From NCBI GenBank assembly GCA_002898355.1, contig BEHD01000010.1, positions 2,637 to 66,636 of the forward strand: a DNA stretch of 64,000 nucleotides, read 5' to 3'. Positions 54,647 through 63,262 of the stretch are shown here, piece after piece. The notes below the pieces were generated by a model. That model did not search any database, was not told where the DNA came from, and was given only the letters and a program-made list of their open reading frames with translations. The translations under genes and the position numbers were made by a program. Numbering within the stretch: the first letter of the stretch is position 1; each line of letters begins with the position of its first letter. Origin of the DNA: an archaeon HR01 (GTDB lineage: Archaea; Thermoproteota; Nitrososphaeria_A; Caldarchaeales; Caldarchaeaceae).

Positions 54647-55942
54647 ATGAGCCCACACTATTTAGAGGTGGATTCTTCATCGGTGGCTGAAGCCGTTGCC
54701 AAGATTCATGGTCTGAGGGGGGATTTGAGGTCGTTGGCAGAGTATGTCAGGCCTGTTGTGGAGGATGTCAGGCTTAGGGGTGACGAGGCCATATTGGAGT
54801 ATGCACGGAGGTTTGACGGTGTCTCACTGGAGAAAAGTACTCTGAGGGTTCAGAACTCGGAGATGGATGCGGCCTTTAGGCGGGTTGGGGGGCAGCTTAG
54901 GAGGGCTTTAGAGAAGGCTGAGGAGAATATACGGGCCTTGGCTAGGCTTCAGCTGTCAAGGCTCAGATTTTCCAGGCGTATCGTCTCAGGTGTGGAGATT
55001 GTCCAGAGGCCGCTGCCTCTTGCTAGTGTTGGATGCTATGTGCCCGGCGGTTCAGCCGCATATCCTAGCACGGCGTTGATGACCTCCATCCCTGCAAAGG
55101 TCGCCGGTGTTGAGAGGGTGGTTGTATGCACCCCGGCCGGACGTGATGGGAGAATCCCTGACCCCGTATTGGCTGCCCTTAAGATTGTTGGGGTTGATGA
55201 GGTGTACCGTGTTGGAGGACCCCACGCCATAGCCGCGATGGCCTACGGCACTGAGACTATACAGGCCGTGGATAAGATTGTAGGGCCCGGGGGCCCCTAC
55301 GTTACGGCGGCCAAGTATGTAGTGTCAGCTGATGTGGCCGTGGACATGCTGGCAGGCGCAACCGAGCTGGTGGTCTATGCTGAGAAGGTGGATGAGGCTG
55401 AGGATGCGGCCTATGAGGTCTGCGCCCAAGCTGAACACAGCAGAGACACAGTGGTGGGTGTTGTTACAACATCTCGGGAGGTGGCTGATGAGGTCTCAAG
55501 ATATATAGGACTGCTCTTGTCCAGGGTTGAGAGGTCGTCCATAGTGTCCGAGTCCTGGACGAAGAATGGTTTCATAGCAATATGTGATAGCGTCTCCACC
55601 GCAGCCCGGCTAATAAACGGGGTGGCCCCCGAGCATCTCGCAATAGTCTCATCCAACCCCAAGAGACTGGCCTCTAAGATAGTGAACGCCGGACTGATAT
55701 CTATCGGCCGATATACTTCACCAGCCCTCTGCGACTACATCGTTGGAGCGAACCACGTCCTCCCCACCCACGGGCTTGCCAGGGTTAGGGCTGGGTTGGG
55801 GGTTTACGACTTCGTGAAGACCGTTTCTACTGTGAGGGTGTCTAAGGGTGCTGCCCGTAGGCTGGGAGGTGTCGCTGCAGCTATTGCTAGGGCTGAGGGG
55901 CTGGAATGCCATGCTGTCGCTGTGGAGAGGTGGAGAAGATGA
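54647..55942 (+). CDS. hisD: Histidinol dehydrogenase
   Basis: YVPGG, YPST, QAEH, APEHL, DY...NHVLPT, HA; ATG 54647 about 24 nt after TATATATA. Confidence 0.95.
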   Translation: MSPHYLEVDSSSVAEAVAKIHGLRGDLRSLAEYVRPVVEDVRLRGDEAILEYARRFDGVSLEKSTLRVQNSEMDAAFRRVGGQLRRALEKAEENIRALARLQLSRLRFSRRIVSGVEIVQRPLPLASVGCYVPGGSAAYPSTALMTSIPAKVAGVERVVVCTPAGRDGRIPDPVLAALKIVGVDEVYRVGGPHAIAAMAYGTETIQAVDKIVGPGGPYVTAAKYVVSADVAVDMLAGATELVVYAEKVDEAEDAAYEVCAQAEHSRDTVVGVVTTSREVADEVSRYIGLLLSRVERSSIVSESWTKNGFIAICDSVSTAARLINGVAPEHLAIVSSNPKRLASKIVNAGLISIGRYTSPALCDYIVGANHVLPTHGLARVRAGLGVYDFVKTVSTVRVSKGAARRLGGVAAAIARAEGLECHAVAVERWRR

Positions 55943-56514
55943 GGCTTAGCAGGGTGGAGAGAAAGACGGGGGAGACCGAGATTGTTGCGGAGCTGAACCT
56001 CGACGGCTCCGGCATCTCCGAGGTTAGTACGGGCTATAGGTTTCTAGACCACATGGTTATGACACTTTCTAAGCATTCACTGATAGATATCAAACTAAGG
56101 GCTGTCGGCGACCTTAGGCATCACACCGTGGAGGACTGCGGCATCACTATCGGACAGGGAATCTCCAAAGCACTCTCCGACAGGGCAGGGATTAGGCGAT
56201 ACGGCTACAGCATAGTACCCATGGATGAGGCCGTGGCCTACGCAGCCGTCGACCTTGTGAAGAGGCCGAAGTCTGTGGTTAGGTTCGGAGCCCGAGGAAA
56301 TGTGATAGAGGATACACCCATCAGTGAGATAGCCCACTTCCTTGACAGCCTCATAATATCTATGGAGGCCACGGCCCATGTCAAGGCATTAGCAGGCCTG
56401 GATGACCATCACAGGGTGGAGGCGTGCATCAAAGCATTCGCCCTTGCACTTAGGATGGCTGTAGAGCCTGATCCGAGACGTAGTGGCATACCCTCCACAA
56501 AAGGTATGATGTAG
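55939..56514 (+). CDS. hisB: Imidazoleglycerol-phosphate dehydratase
   Basis: RKTGET, FLDHM, HHTVED, PMDE, DHHRVEA, PSTKG; ATGA overlap with hisD. Confidence 0.96.
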   Translation: MRLSRVERKTGETEIVAELNLDGSGISEVSTGYRFLDHMVMTLSKHSLIDIKLRAVGDLRHHTVEDCGITIGQGISKALSDRAGIRRYGYSIVPMDEAVAYAAVDLVKRPKSVVRFGARGNVIEDTPISEIAHFLDSLIISMEATAHVKALAGLDDHHRVEACIKAFALALRMAVEPDPRRSGIPSTKGMM

Positions 56515-56551
56515 GGGAAGAGGCTTTAAGCATCCGTGGATATCTAATCTC

Positions 56552-57196
56552 ATGCCCCTTATAGATCTCTCACAGGAGATCAGCCCTCGTACACAGGTCT
56601 TCCCCACATACCCGACACCGTATTTTCTCCTCTGGACTAGGAGGGAGATATACGGGTTTGAGGCTGAGGTTTTGATGATGGCTGTACATACGGGAACACA
56701 TGTGGATGCACCATACCATTTCTCGCCGGAGGGTGTGGGGATAGATGAGGTGAGACCTGAAAAGCTGGTGGGGGAGGCTGTGGTGGCCGATTTACATGGC
56801 GTGGAAGAGCTGGAGCTGATAACCTTGGAGAGATTTCTGAAGTCGCTATCAACAGAGGTCAGGGAAGGCGACATCGTCTTGGTGCGGACAGGGTGGGATA
56901 GATACGTTGGCGATAGTAAATATGTAAAGTCATATCCAGGGCTCTCCAGAGAGGTTGCCGAGTATCTCGTTGATAGGAGGGTGTCAGCCTTGGGAATTGA
57001 CACACCCAACCCAGACCACCCCCAAGACAGCACCTTCCCAGTCCACAATACTCTTCTACCAAGAAACATCCTCATCATAGAGAATTTGGCAAACCTAGGC
57101 TCTGTATCAGGCCGTCGGATACGCTTTATCGGCCTTCCACTGAAGCTTAAAGGATTGAGCGGCTCACCTATCCGTGCCGTAGCGGAGGTGCCATAG
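56552..57196 (+). CDS. Cyclase family metal-dependent hydrolase (kynurenine formamidase-like)
   Basis: HTGTHVDAPYH, LVRTG, GIDT, IENL, GSPIRAVA. Confidence 0.92.
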   Translation: MPLIDLSQEISPRTQVFPTYPTPYFLLWTRREIYGFEAEVLMMAVHTGTHVDAPYHFSPEGVGIDEVRPEKLVGEAVVADLHGVEELELITLERFLKSLSTEVREGDIVLVRTGWDRYVGDSKYVKSYPGLSREVAEYLVDRRVSALGIDTPNPDHPQDSTFPVHNTLLPRNILIIENLANLGSVSGRRIRFIGLPLKLKGLSGSPIRAVAEVP

Positions 57197-57197
57197 C

Positions 57198-57728
57198 TCA
57201 TCGGGAGACCCATCTGCTGTTCCTCACATAGAAGCGGAGGAGCCTGTTCTTTCCTTTACTGACGCCTATACGCCTGCTCACAGCAACTTCATCCACCGCA
57301 TATCCATCATCCTCTACCCATACCTCATCAGAGGTGCAGAGGTCTATGCCGTCCAGTCTCCTGTCTATTTTCAAGGTTCTACAAAGCCTTCCAGGTCCGG
57401 TGGTACTTCCTTCAACGTTTTCAAGGGGTTCAGCAGACCTTATCAGAACAGCTTCACCCCCACCCCTAACAACATTCATGCAGTGGTTGTTGTGAACCAT
57501 GTAGACATAAAGTGTTCCAGGGCTCTTGAACATGCTTCTATTCCGTTTGGTCATGCCTTTGAATGCGTGGTTGGCTGGGTCATTCTTCACATATGCCTCC
57601 ACCTCAGTAATTCGGCATCTTATCACGGCGCCGTTCACAGACCTCACAAGTATCTTCCCCAGCAGCATCTTAGCCAGCTCTACCGTATCCCTGTCGTAGA
57701 AAGATGGGCCGAGCCTACTCCCAGCCAT
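57198..57728 (-). CDS. mpg: 3-methyladenine DNA glycosylase (MPG/AAG family)
   Basis: LLGK, ITEVEAY, DPANH, YVY, AVLIRS, GPGRLC, RIGVS; ATG 57728 is the likely start. Confidence 0.93.
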   Translation of the reverse strand: MAGSRLGPSFYDRDTVELAKMLLGKILVRSVNGAVIRCRITEVEAYVKNDPANHAFKGMTKRNRSMFKSPGTLYVYMVHNNHCMNVVRGGGEAVLIRSAEPLENVEGSTTGPGRLCRTLKIDRRLDGIDLCTSDEVWVEDDGYAVDEVAVSRRIGVSKGKNRLLRFYVRNSRWVSR

Positions 57729-57799
57729 ACATATTAAAGGCTGCGGAGCCATTAGAAAAACTAAAATCCCAACCATCACAAACTGTTAGCCGACCCCTT

Positions 57800-59035
57800 C
57801 TGAAGATAATTGCAGACCTACAGATACACAGCAGGTTTTCAGGAGCCACATCCAGCAGGATGAATCTTAGAGAGATTACCAGCTTCGCCAAGATGAAGGG
57901 TTTAAACCTGCTGGGCACGGGAGACGCCCTCCATCCTGTGTGGCTTGAGGAGCTGAGGGCCGGACTGGAGCCTTCGGAGGGTGAGGGCGTATATAGGCCG
58001 AGGCATGACCCGGAAGCCAATGTCCACTTCATAGTCCAGACAGAGGTGGCGACTGTACACAGCTATGGGGGGAAGGCTAGACGCATACACCACGTGATTC
58101 TGATGCCTGACCTCGATATGGCTGAGCAGGTGAGGGATATTTTGAAGGGCTATGGAAACCTTGACAGCGATGGCAGACCTGTCCTCAACATGTCACCAGC
58201 CCATCTCGTGGAGATGGTGATGGAGCTCTCCAGCCAGAGCATCATATTCCCAGCCCACGCATGGACACCGTGGTGGTCCATATTCGGAGCCTTTGGAGGA
58301 GTGGACCATATAGAGGAGTGCTACGAGGATATGACAAAGCATATCCACGCCATAGAGACGGGACTATCCAGCGACCCATCCATGAACTGGAGGGTGAGCT
58401 GGCTGGACGGCTATGTGCTTCTTAGCTCTTCGGACGCCCACAGCCCCTACCCCTTCAGGATAGGGAGGGAGGCTGTAGTCTTCGAGCTTGGCAGGCTCAC
58501 GTATAGGGAGCTGGTGGAGGCCGTAAGAATGAGGGATAGGGAGAAGATCTTGATGACCCTTGAGGTCCCGCCTGCGTATGGCAAATACCACTGGTCGGGG
58601 CATAGGGAGTGTGGGGTGGGGCCCCTCAGCCCTCGAGATGCAAAAAAGCTGGCCTACAGATGTCCAGTATGTGGTGGGAGGCTGACCAAGGGTGTGGAGG
58701 ATAGGGTGGAGGAGCTGGCCGATAGAGAGCCCGGCTACACGCCAGCGGACGCCATACCTTTCAAAACCATGATACCGCTACAGGAGCTCATGGCCCTCTC
58801 GATGGGGCTTGGCCCAGACTATGAGGCAAAGCTGATGAGCCGGAAGATCTGGAACACATATGAGAGGATGATTTACAGGCTGGGGAGCGAGTATGCAATA
58901 CTGTTGGATATATCGATAGATATGATACGTCAGGAGGCGGGTCCCAGGCTAGCCTCTATGGTGGAGCTGATGCGTAAGGGTATGCTGGAGATAGTTCCCG
59001 GATATGACGGAGTGTATGGGAGGCTTGTGTTCTAA
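57800..59035 (+). CDS. Endonuclease Q (PHP domain plus zinc finger)
   Basis: ADLQIHSRFS, GTGD, HH, PAHAWTPW, ETGLSSD, SDAHS, GKYH...C...CPVC, PGYDGVYG; start uncertain (CTG 57800 or ATG 57704). Confidence 0.9.
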   Translation: MKIIADLQIHSRFSGATSSRMNLREITSFAKMKGLNLLGTGDALHPVWLEELRAGLEPSEGEGVYRPRHDPEANVHFIVQTEVATVHSYGGKARRIHHVILMPDLDMAEQVRDILKGYGNLDSDGRPVLNMSPAHLVEMVMELSSQSIIFPAHAWTPWWSIFGAFGGVDHIEECYEDMTKHIHAIETGLSSDPSMNWRVSWLDGYVLLSSSDAHSPYPFRIGREAVVFELGRLTYRELVEAVRMRDREKILMTLEVPPAYGKYHWSGHRECGVGPLSPRDAKKLAYRCPVCGGRLTKGVEDRVEELADREPGYTPADAIPFKTMIPLQELMALSMGLGPDYEAKLMSRKIWNTYERMIYRLGSEYAILLDISIDMIRQEAGPRLASMVELMRKGMLEIVPGYDGVYGRLVF

Positions 59036-59115
59036 TAAATTTATAAATAGTTTCGGGATTGACGCTTATATTTTGCTGTTTTTCTCTCCCTTTCACCCGG
59101 TTCGGGGGTGTTCTC

Positions 59116-60744
59116 ATGGTCAAGTGGAAGACTTTACAGCATAACGGGGTTGCCTTGCCCCCACCATATGAGCCGAAGGGGCTCAGTATATGGATAAGGG
59201 GGGAGAAGATACCCCTCACACCTCTACAGGAGGAGATGGCCTATGCTTGGGCGCTCAAGAAAGATACACAATATGTTAGAGATCCCGTATTCGTCAGAAA
59301 CTTTCTCAAGGATTTCCTAGCGACCTTCGATGAAAGATTCAGAGACGCAACCATTGAGGAGATAGACTTCGGCGAGGTCTTCCAATATGTTGATAGGGAG
59401 AGGGAGCTGAAGAAGGACAAGGAATATAGGAAGAAAATTTCGGCGGAGAGGAAGAAAAAGAGGGAGGAGCTTAAGAACATCTATGGATACGCCGTGGTTG
59501 ATGGTAAGAAGGTTGAGGTGGGGAACTGGATGGTGGAGCCTCCAGGGATCTTTATGGGTAGGGGTGAGCACCCACTACGGGGTAGGTGGAAGCCGAGGAT
59601 ATATGAGGAGGATATCACGCTCAACCTTGGCGAGGAAGCACCTATTCCACCGGGCAACTGGGGACAGATAGTCCACGACCATAATTCGATGTGGCTGGCC
59701 AGATGGAATGATAAGCTGACCGGGAAGGAAAAATATGTATGGCTCTCCGATACGGCAGACCTCAAGCAGAAGAGGGATAGGGAGAAGTATGAGAAGGCAC
59801 GGATGCTGGAGAAGCATGTAGAGGATGTGAGGGCTGCAATCCTGAAGACCATGGAGTCGGAAGACCCTCGAAAACGGAAGATTGCACTGGCTTGTTTCCT
59901 GATTGATAGGCTGGCTATGAGGGTTGGCGATGAGAAGGACCCTGACGAGGCTGATACTGTAGGCGCCACCACACTGAGGGTTGAGCATGTGAAGCTCTCA
60001 GGCACAAAGGTCTCCTTCGACTTCTTAGGCAAGGACAGTGTACGCTGGCAGAAGGAGATAGACTTGAGGAATGAGCCTCCTATAGTTCATAAGGCCCTTT
60101 CAGAGCTCCTGGAAGGGAAGAGGCCGGGGGACCAGATATTCGACGGCATATCCAGCAGGTCTGTTAACAATTTTCTCGGCAAGCTTTTGAAGGGGTTGAC
60201 GGCCAAGGTCTTCAGAACATTCCTGGCCACAAAAGTTGTGAAGGATAGTCTGAGGAATGTGCCTCTCGAGAAGGCTAAGACCTCAGAGCAGGCCGCCATC
60301 TATTATGCAAAGCTGGCCAACCTCAACGCAGCCATAACCTGCAACCATAAGAGGGCGCCGCCCAAGAACTGGGAGAACTCCATAGCGAAGAAGGAGGAGG
60401 CCGTGAAGAGGATTGAAGAGCAGATAAGTGAGGCTAGAAGGGATAAGAAGAAGAGGAAGAAGCTGGAGAAGCTCCGGGAGAGGTTGGAGAAGGCCCGCTA
60501 TAATCTAGATCTGGCCCTTAAGACGCGGGACTACAACCTCAACACATCGCTGAGAAACTACATAGACCCCAGGGTCTATAAGGCTTGGGGATTAATTACG
60601 GGGATGGATTGGAGGCGCATATATTCGGCTAGCCTTCAGCGGAAGTTTAAATGGGTTGAGCGGGCTTCAGTCAAGGAGTTTGTCGCCGAGATAATCTCCG
60701 CTCCAGAGCTGAAGGCTCAGGCGGTCACACAGGTTGGAAGCTGA
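59116..60744 (+). CDS. DNA topoisomerase IB (eukaryote-like, single chain)
   Basis: KWKTLQHNG, EPPGIFMGRGEHP, MRVGDEK, FLGKDS, KVFRT, CNH, catalytic NYIDPR; ATG 59116 with GGGGTG RBS. Confidence 0.96.
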   Translation: MVKWKTLQHNGVALPPPYEPKGLSIWIRGEKIPLTPLQEEMAYAWALKKDTQYVRDPVFVRNFLKDFLATFDERFRDATIEEIDFGEVFQYVDRERELKKDKEYRKKISAERKKKREELKNIYGYAVVDGKKVEVGNWMVEPPGIFMGRGEHPLRGRWKPRIYEEDITLNLGEEAPIPPGNWGQIVHDHNSMWLARWNDKLTGKEKYVWLSDTADLKQKRDREKYEKARMLEKHVEDVRAAILKTMESEDPRKRKIALACFLIDRLAMRVGDEKDPDEADTVGATTLRVEHVKLSGTKVSFDFLGKDSVRWQKEIDLRNEPPIVHKALSELLEGKRPGDQIFDGISSRSVNNFLGKLLKGLTAKVFRTFLATKVVKDSLRNVPLEKAKTSEQAAIYYAKLANLNAAITCNHKRAPPKNWENSIAKKEEAVKRIEEQISEARRDKKKRKKLEKLRERLEKARYNLDLALKTRDYNLNTSLRNYIDPRVYKAWGLITGMDWRRIYSASLQRKFKWVERASVKEFVAEIISAPELKAQAVTQVGS

Positions 60745-61450
60745 GAAGCAGGCCATCAGGAAAGCGGTTTGGGATAGGCTGGAGAGAGCAGGTGTCGCAC
60801 GTTTCCCACGACCTGTGGTGGGTAGGATACCTAACTTCATAGGCTCCGAAGCTGCTGCGGAGATGCTGAGGAGGTCTGAATCCTACATCTCGGCTACGAC
60901 GGTAAAGGTGAACCCGGACGCTCCCCAGAGACCGGTCCGGGAGATGGCCCTCAGGGATGGGAAGACACTAATCATGCCCACGCCACGTATAAGGCATGGG
61001 TTCCTAGTTTTGAGAGCCGGTGATGTTCCAAAATCCATGTTGAGGCGGGCGTCAACCATAGGCGGCATGTTTGAGCTGGCCCGAAAAGTGGAGTCCGCCG
61101 CCCTACCCCATGTCGACCTAGTTGTGGTAGGCTCAGTGGCAGTTACGGGGGATGGATGGAGGCTGGGTAAGGGTGAGGGATACGCCGAGCTGGAGTATGC
61201 AATCCTCCGTGAGATGAAAGTCTTGGACCCAGATACTCCCGTATTCACAACGGTACACAACCTCCAGCTGGTCGAGAGGATACCGCACACAGCCTACGAC
61301 CTGCCTGTGGATAAAATCTTCACCAACACGACAGTCATAGAATGCCCGAGGCAGCCAAAGCCAGAGGGGATTATGTGGGAGATGCTTAAACCTGAGAAGC
61401 TGGCGGAGATACCGCTGCTGGCCGAGATATATAGAAGGCGGAAAACCTAG
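60734..61450 (+). CDS. 5-formyltetrahydrofolate cyclo-ligase family (MTHFSD-like)
   Basis: GRIPNF, KVNPDAPQ, MPTPR, GSVAV, GKGEGYAELEY, DLPVD. Confidence 0.9.
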   Translation: MEAEKQAIRKAVWDRLERAGVARFPRPVVGRIPNFIGSEAAAEMLRRSESYISATTVKVNPDAPQRPVREMALRDGKTLIMPTPRIRHGFLVLRAGDVPKSMLRRASTIGGMFELARKVESAALPHVDLVVVGSVAVTGDGWRLGKGEGYAELEYAILREMKVLDPDTPVFTTVHNLQLVERIPHTAYDLPVDKIFTNTTVIECPRQPKPEGIMWEMLKPEKLAEIPLLAEIYRRRKT

Positions 61451-61785
61451 ACAGGTTTTTGCGTATCTGGCCGCATTATCCTGGGTAGGCTCCAGCGCCG
61501 ATGCGTCATGGGCAGGCATTATCTCATAGAAGCTTCCCGGAAGAAGCTCTGTCTCACCTCCATCCTCTGACACTATCTTGAGACGACCAGATATGGTATA
61601 CCCTATGTGGTGGAGCTGACAGCTATCAGTCTTCGCAATTGGCTTGGACCACCTTCAGCTAGGCTGAAGAGTTATTCGTAGAAGGGAGAATCCTCCAAGT
61701 TAACCAACTCTGCCCTTCCGTTCTCAAAACTTCTTACCTCGTTAGGCGACTCCACTTTCCTGTTCTTTATTGATATGAGGGGCAA
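61450..61785 (-). pseudogene. Disrupted cupin-domain gene
   Basis: TTG 61785 MPLISIKNRKVESPNEVRSFENGRAELVNL; frameshift near 61694; GFSLLRITLQPS*RWSKPIAKTDSCQLHHIGYTISGRL...PAHDA...YAK with in-frame TGA at 61655-61657. Confidence 0.75.
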
Positions 61786-61872
61786 CGGTCCCCGAACCTA
61801 TTAAGGGTGTGTGGGAGACCGATATTTAGGTAGTCCGTCCTTGCTTAATAGCCTGACCGAACATGTAATAAC

Positions 61873-62280
61873 ATGTCAGTTGAGATGGAGAGAGTATTGC
61901 GTAAGGCTGTGGATTCATACAACGCTGGAAATCTAGGCGTGATTGATGAGTTGTGTGATAGGGGGTTTGTCTATCATGGGAACGGTGAAGAGGCTCTGAC
62001 GAGGGATGGGTTGACACGGTTTATCCGTGGAATGATAGCCGCCTTCCCGGATATGCACATCCGTGTGGACGACCTCTTCTCCCAAGGCGACAGACTATGC
62101 TACCGCATAACAATAACGGGAACCCACAAAGGTGAGCTGATGGGGCTACCACCTACAGGGAAGAAGATATCGCTGAGGTCGATTGGTATAATGCGGTTCA
62201 AAGATGGTAAGATTGTGGAAGAGTGGGAAAACTACGACGAGCTGGGGATGCTGCGTCAGCTGGGTGCCATAAGAGACTAG
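61873..62280 (+). CDS. SnoaL-like ester/polyketide cyclase (NTF2 fold)
   Basis: AFPDM, GDR, TGTHKGELMGLPPTGK, DGKIVEEW. Confidence 0.9.
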   Translation: MSVEMERVLRKAVDSYNAGNLGVIDELCDRGFVYHGNGEEALTRDGLTRFIRGMIAAFPDMHIRVDDLFSQGDRLCYRITITGTHKGELMGLPPTGKKISLRSIGIMRFKDGKIVEEWENYDELGMLRQLGAIRD

Positions 62281-62408
62281 ACCCCAACCATTTTGATGCC
62301 TGTAGATGAGCTGTAGTGGATAGGCTTCCCCAACATTTTACTGGCGTAACCGATGGGTTATATGAATCGTGGGTTGTGGACAAATACCTCTCGAGATAGG
62401 AGTTAGGG

Positions 62409-62458
62409 ATATATCATATATAAATGCTGTCGGTGAATATATACTGTATATGCATATA
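62409..62458. promoter_or_regulatory. AT-rich promoter with nested palindromes upstream of dsrE-tusA-sqr
   Basis: ATATAT-C-ATATAT (62409-62421), ATATAC-T-GTATAT (62439-62451), TATATGCATATA (62447-62458). Confidence 0.4.
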
Positions 62459-62498
62459 ACATATTAGGAAAATCGAATATTTTAATGAACGAGGAAAC

Positions 62499-62999
62499 AT
62501 GACCCAAATAACCCAGAACGTATTGGGGGAGAAGACCCCTACAGCCAACAAGCTCTCCATAATCCTCTCCAAGGGAACCCTCGACATGGCCTACCCGGCG
62601 CTTATGCTGGCCAACGCCGCGGCCACGATGGGGATGGAGGTCCACCTCTTCTTCACCTTCTGGGGGATGAACGTCATCGACAAGAGGAAGGTATCCAAGC
62701 TTAAGGTCTCACCCGTTGGAAACCCAGGCCTACCCATGCCCAACATATTGGGCGTCATCCCCGGCATGACAGCCCTAGTTACCAGGATGTTGAAAAACCG
62801 AATCAACAAGCAGAATGTTCCCTCCATATACGAGCTTATCAAGACGGCCAAAGAAAACGGTGTAAAATTCCACGCATGCTCTACCACTATGGATGTGATG
62901 GGGTTGAAGATGAAGGACTTTATTGCGGAAGTGGATGATGTCGTTGGCGCTGCCACATTCATACAGTTGAGCGAGGGAGGCCAAGTAATCTTCATCTAG
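62499..62999 (+). CDS. DsrE/DsrF/DrsH-family (DsrE2-like) sulfur carrier
   Basis: SKGTLDMAYP, LFFTFWG, ACSTTMDVMG, VGAATF. Confidence 0.9.
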   Translation: MTQITQNVLGEKTPTANKLSIILSKGTLDMAYPALMLANAAATMGMEVHLFFTFWGMNVIDKRKVSKLKVSPVGNPGLPMPNILGVIPGMTALVTRMLKNRINKQNVPSIYELIKTAKENGVKFHACSTTMDVMGLKMKDFIAEVDDVVGAATFIQLSEGGQVIFI

Positions 63000-63013
63000 A
63001 CGGTGATGACACT

Positions 63014-63262
63014 ATGTCGCAGGCACAGCAGAGAAAAATAATTGATTCGAGGGGTAGCTTCTGCCCAGGCCCCCTCACAGACCTCTTCAAGGCATACAGG
63101 CAGGCCAAGAATGGAGATGTACTGGAGCTGTGGGCCACTGACCCAGCGGCGAAAAGCGATGTAACGGCGTGGGCCAGGAAGACGGGCAACGTAGTGGAGG
63201 AGATTAAGGAGGAGCAGGGCTATGTCAGAATTGTGGTGAGGGTGACGGGGAAGTCTGGATGA
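63014..63262 (+). CDS. tusA: TusA/SirA family sulfurtransferase
   Basis: DSRGSFCPGP, TDPAAKSDV...W...G. Confidence 0.92.
   Translation: MSQAQQRKIIDSRGSFCPGPLTDLFKAYRQAKNGDVLELWATDPAAKSDVTAWARKTGNVVEEIKEEQGYVRIVVRVTGKSG

Noticed and set aside
61653-61669. In-frame TGA inside a hairpin (CTTCAGC-TAG-GCTGAAG) as possible selenocysteine/readthrough recoding
   Set aside because: The codon aligns to an expected Trp, not Cys, and the gene also has a frameshift and deletions; a pseudogene is the simpler explanation
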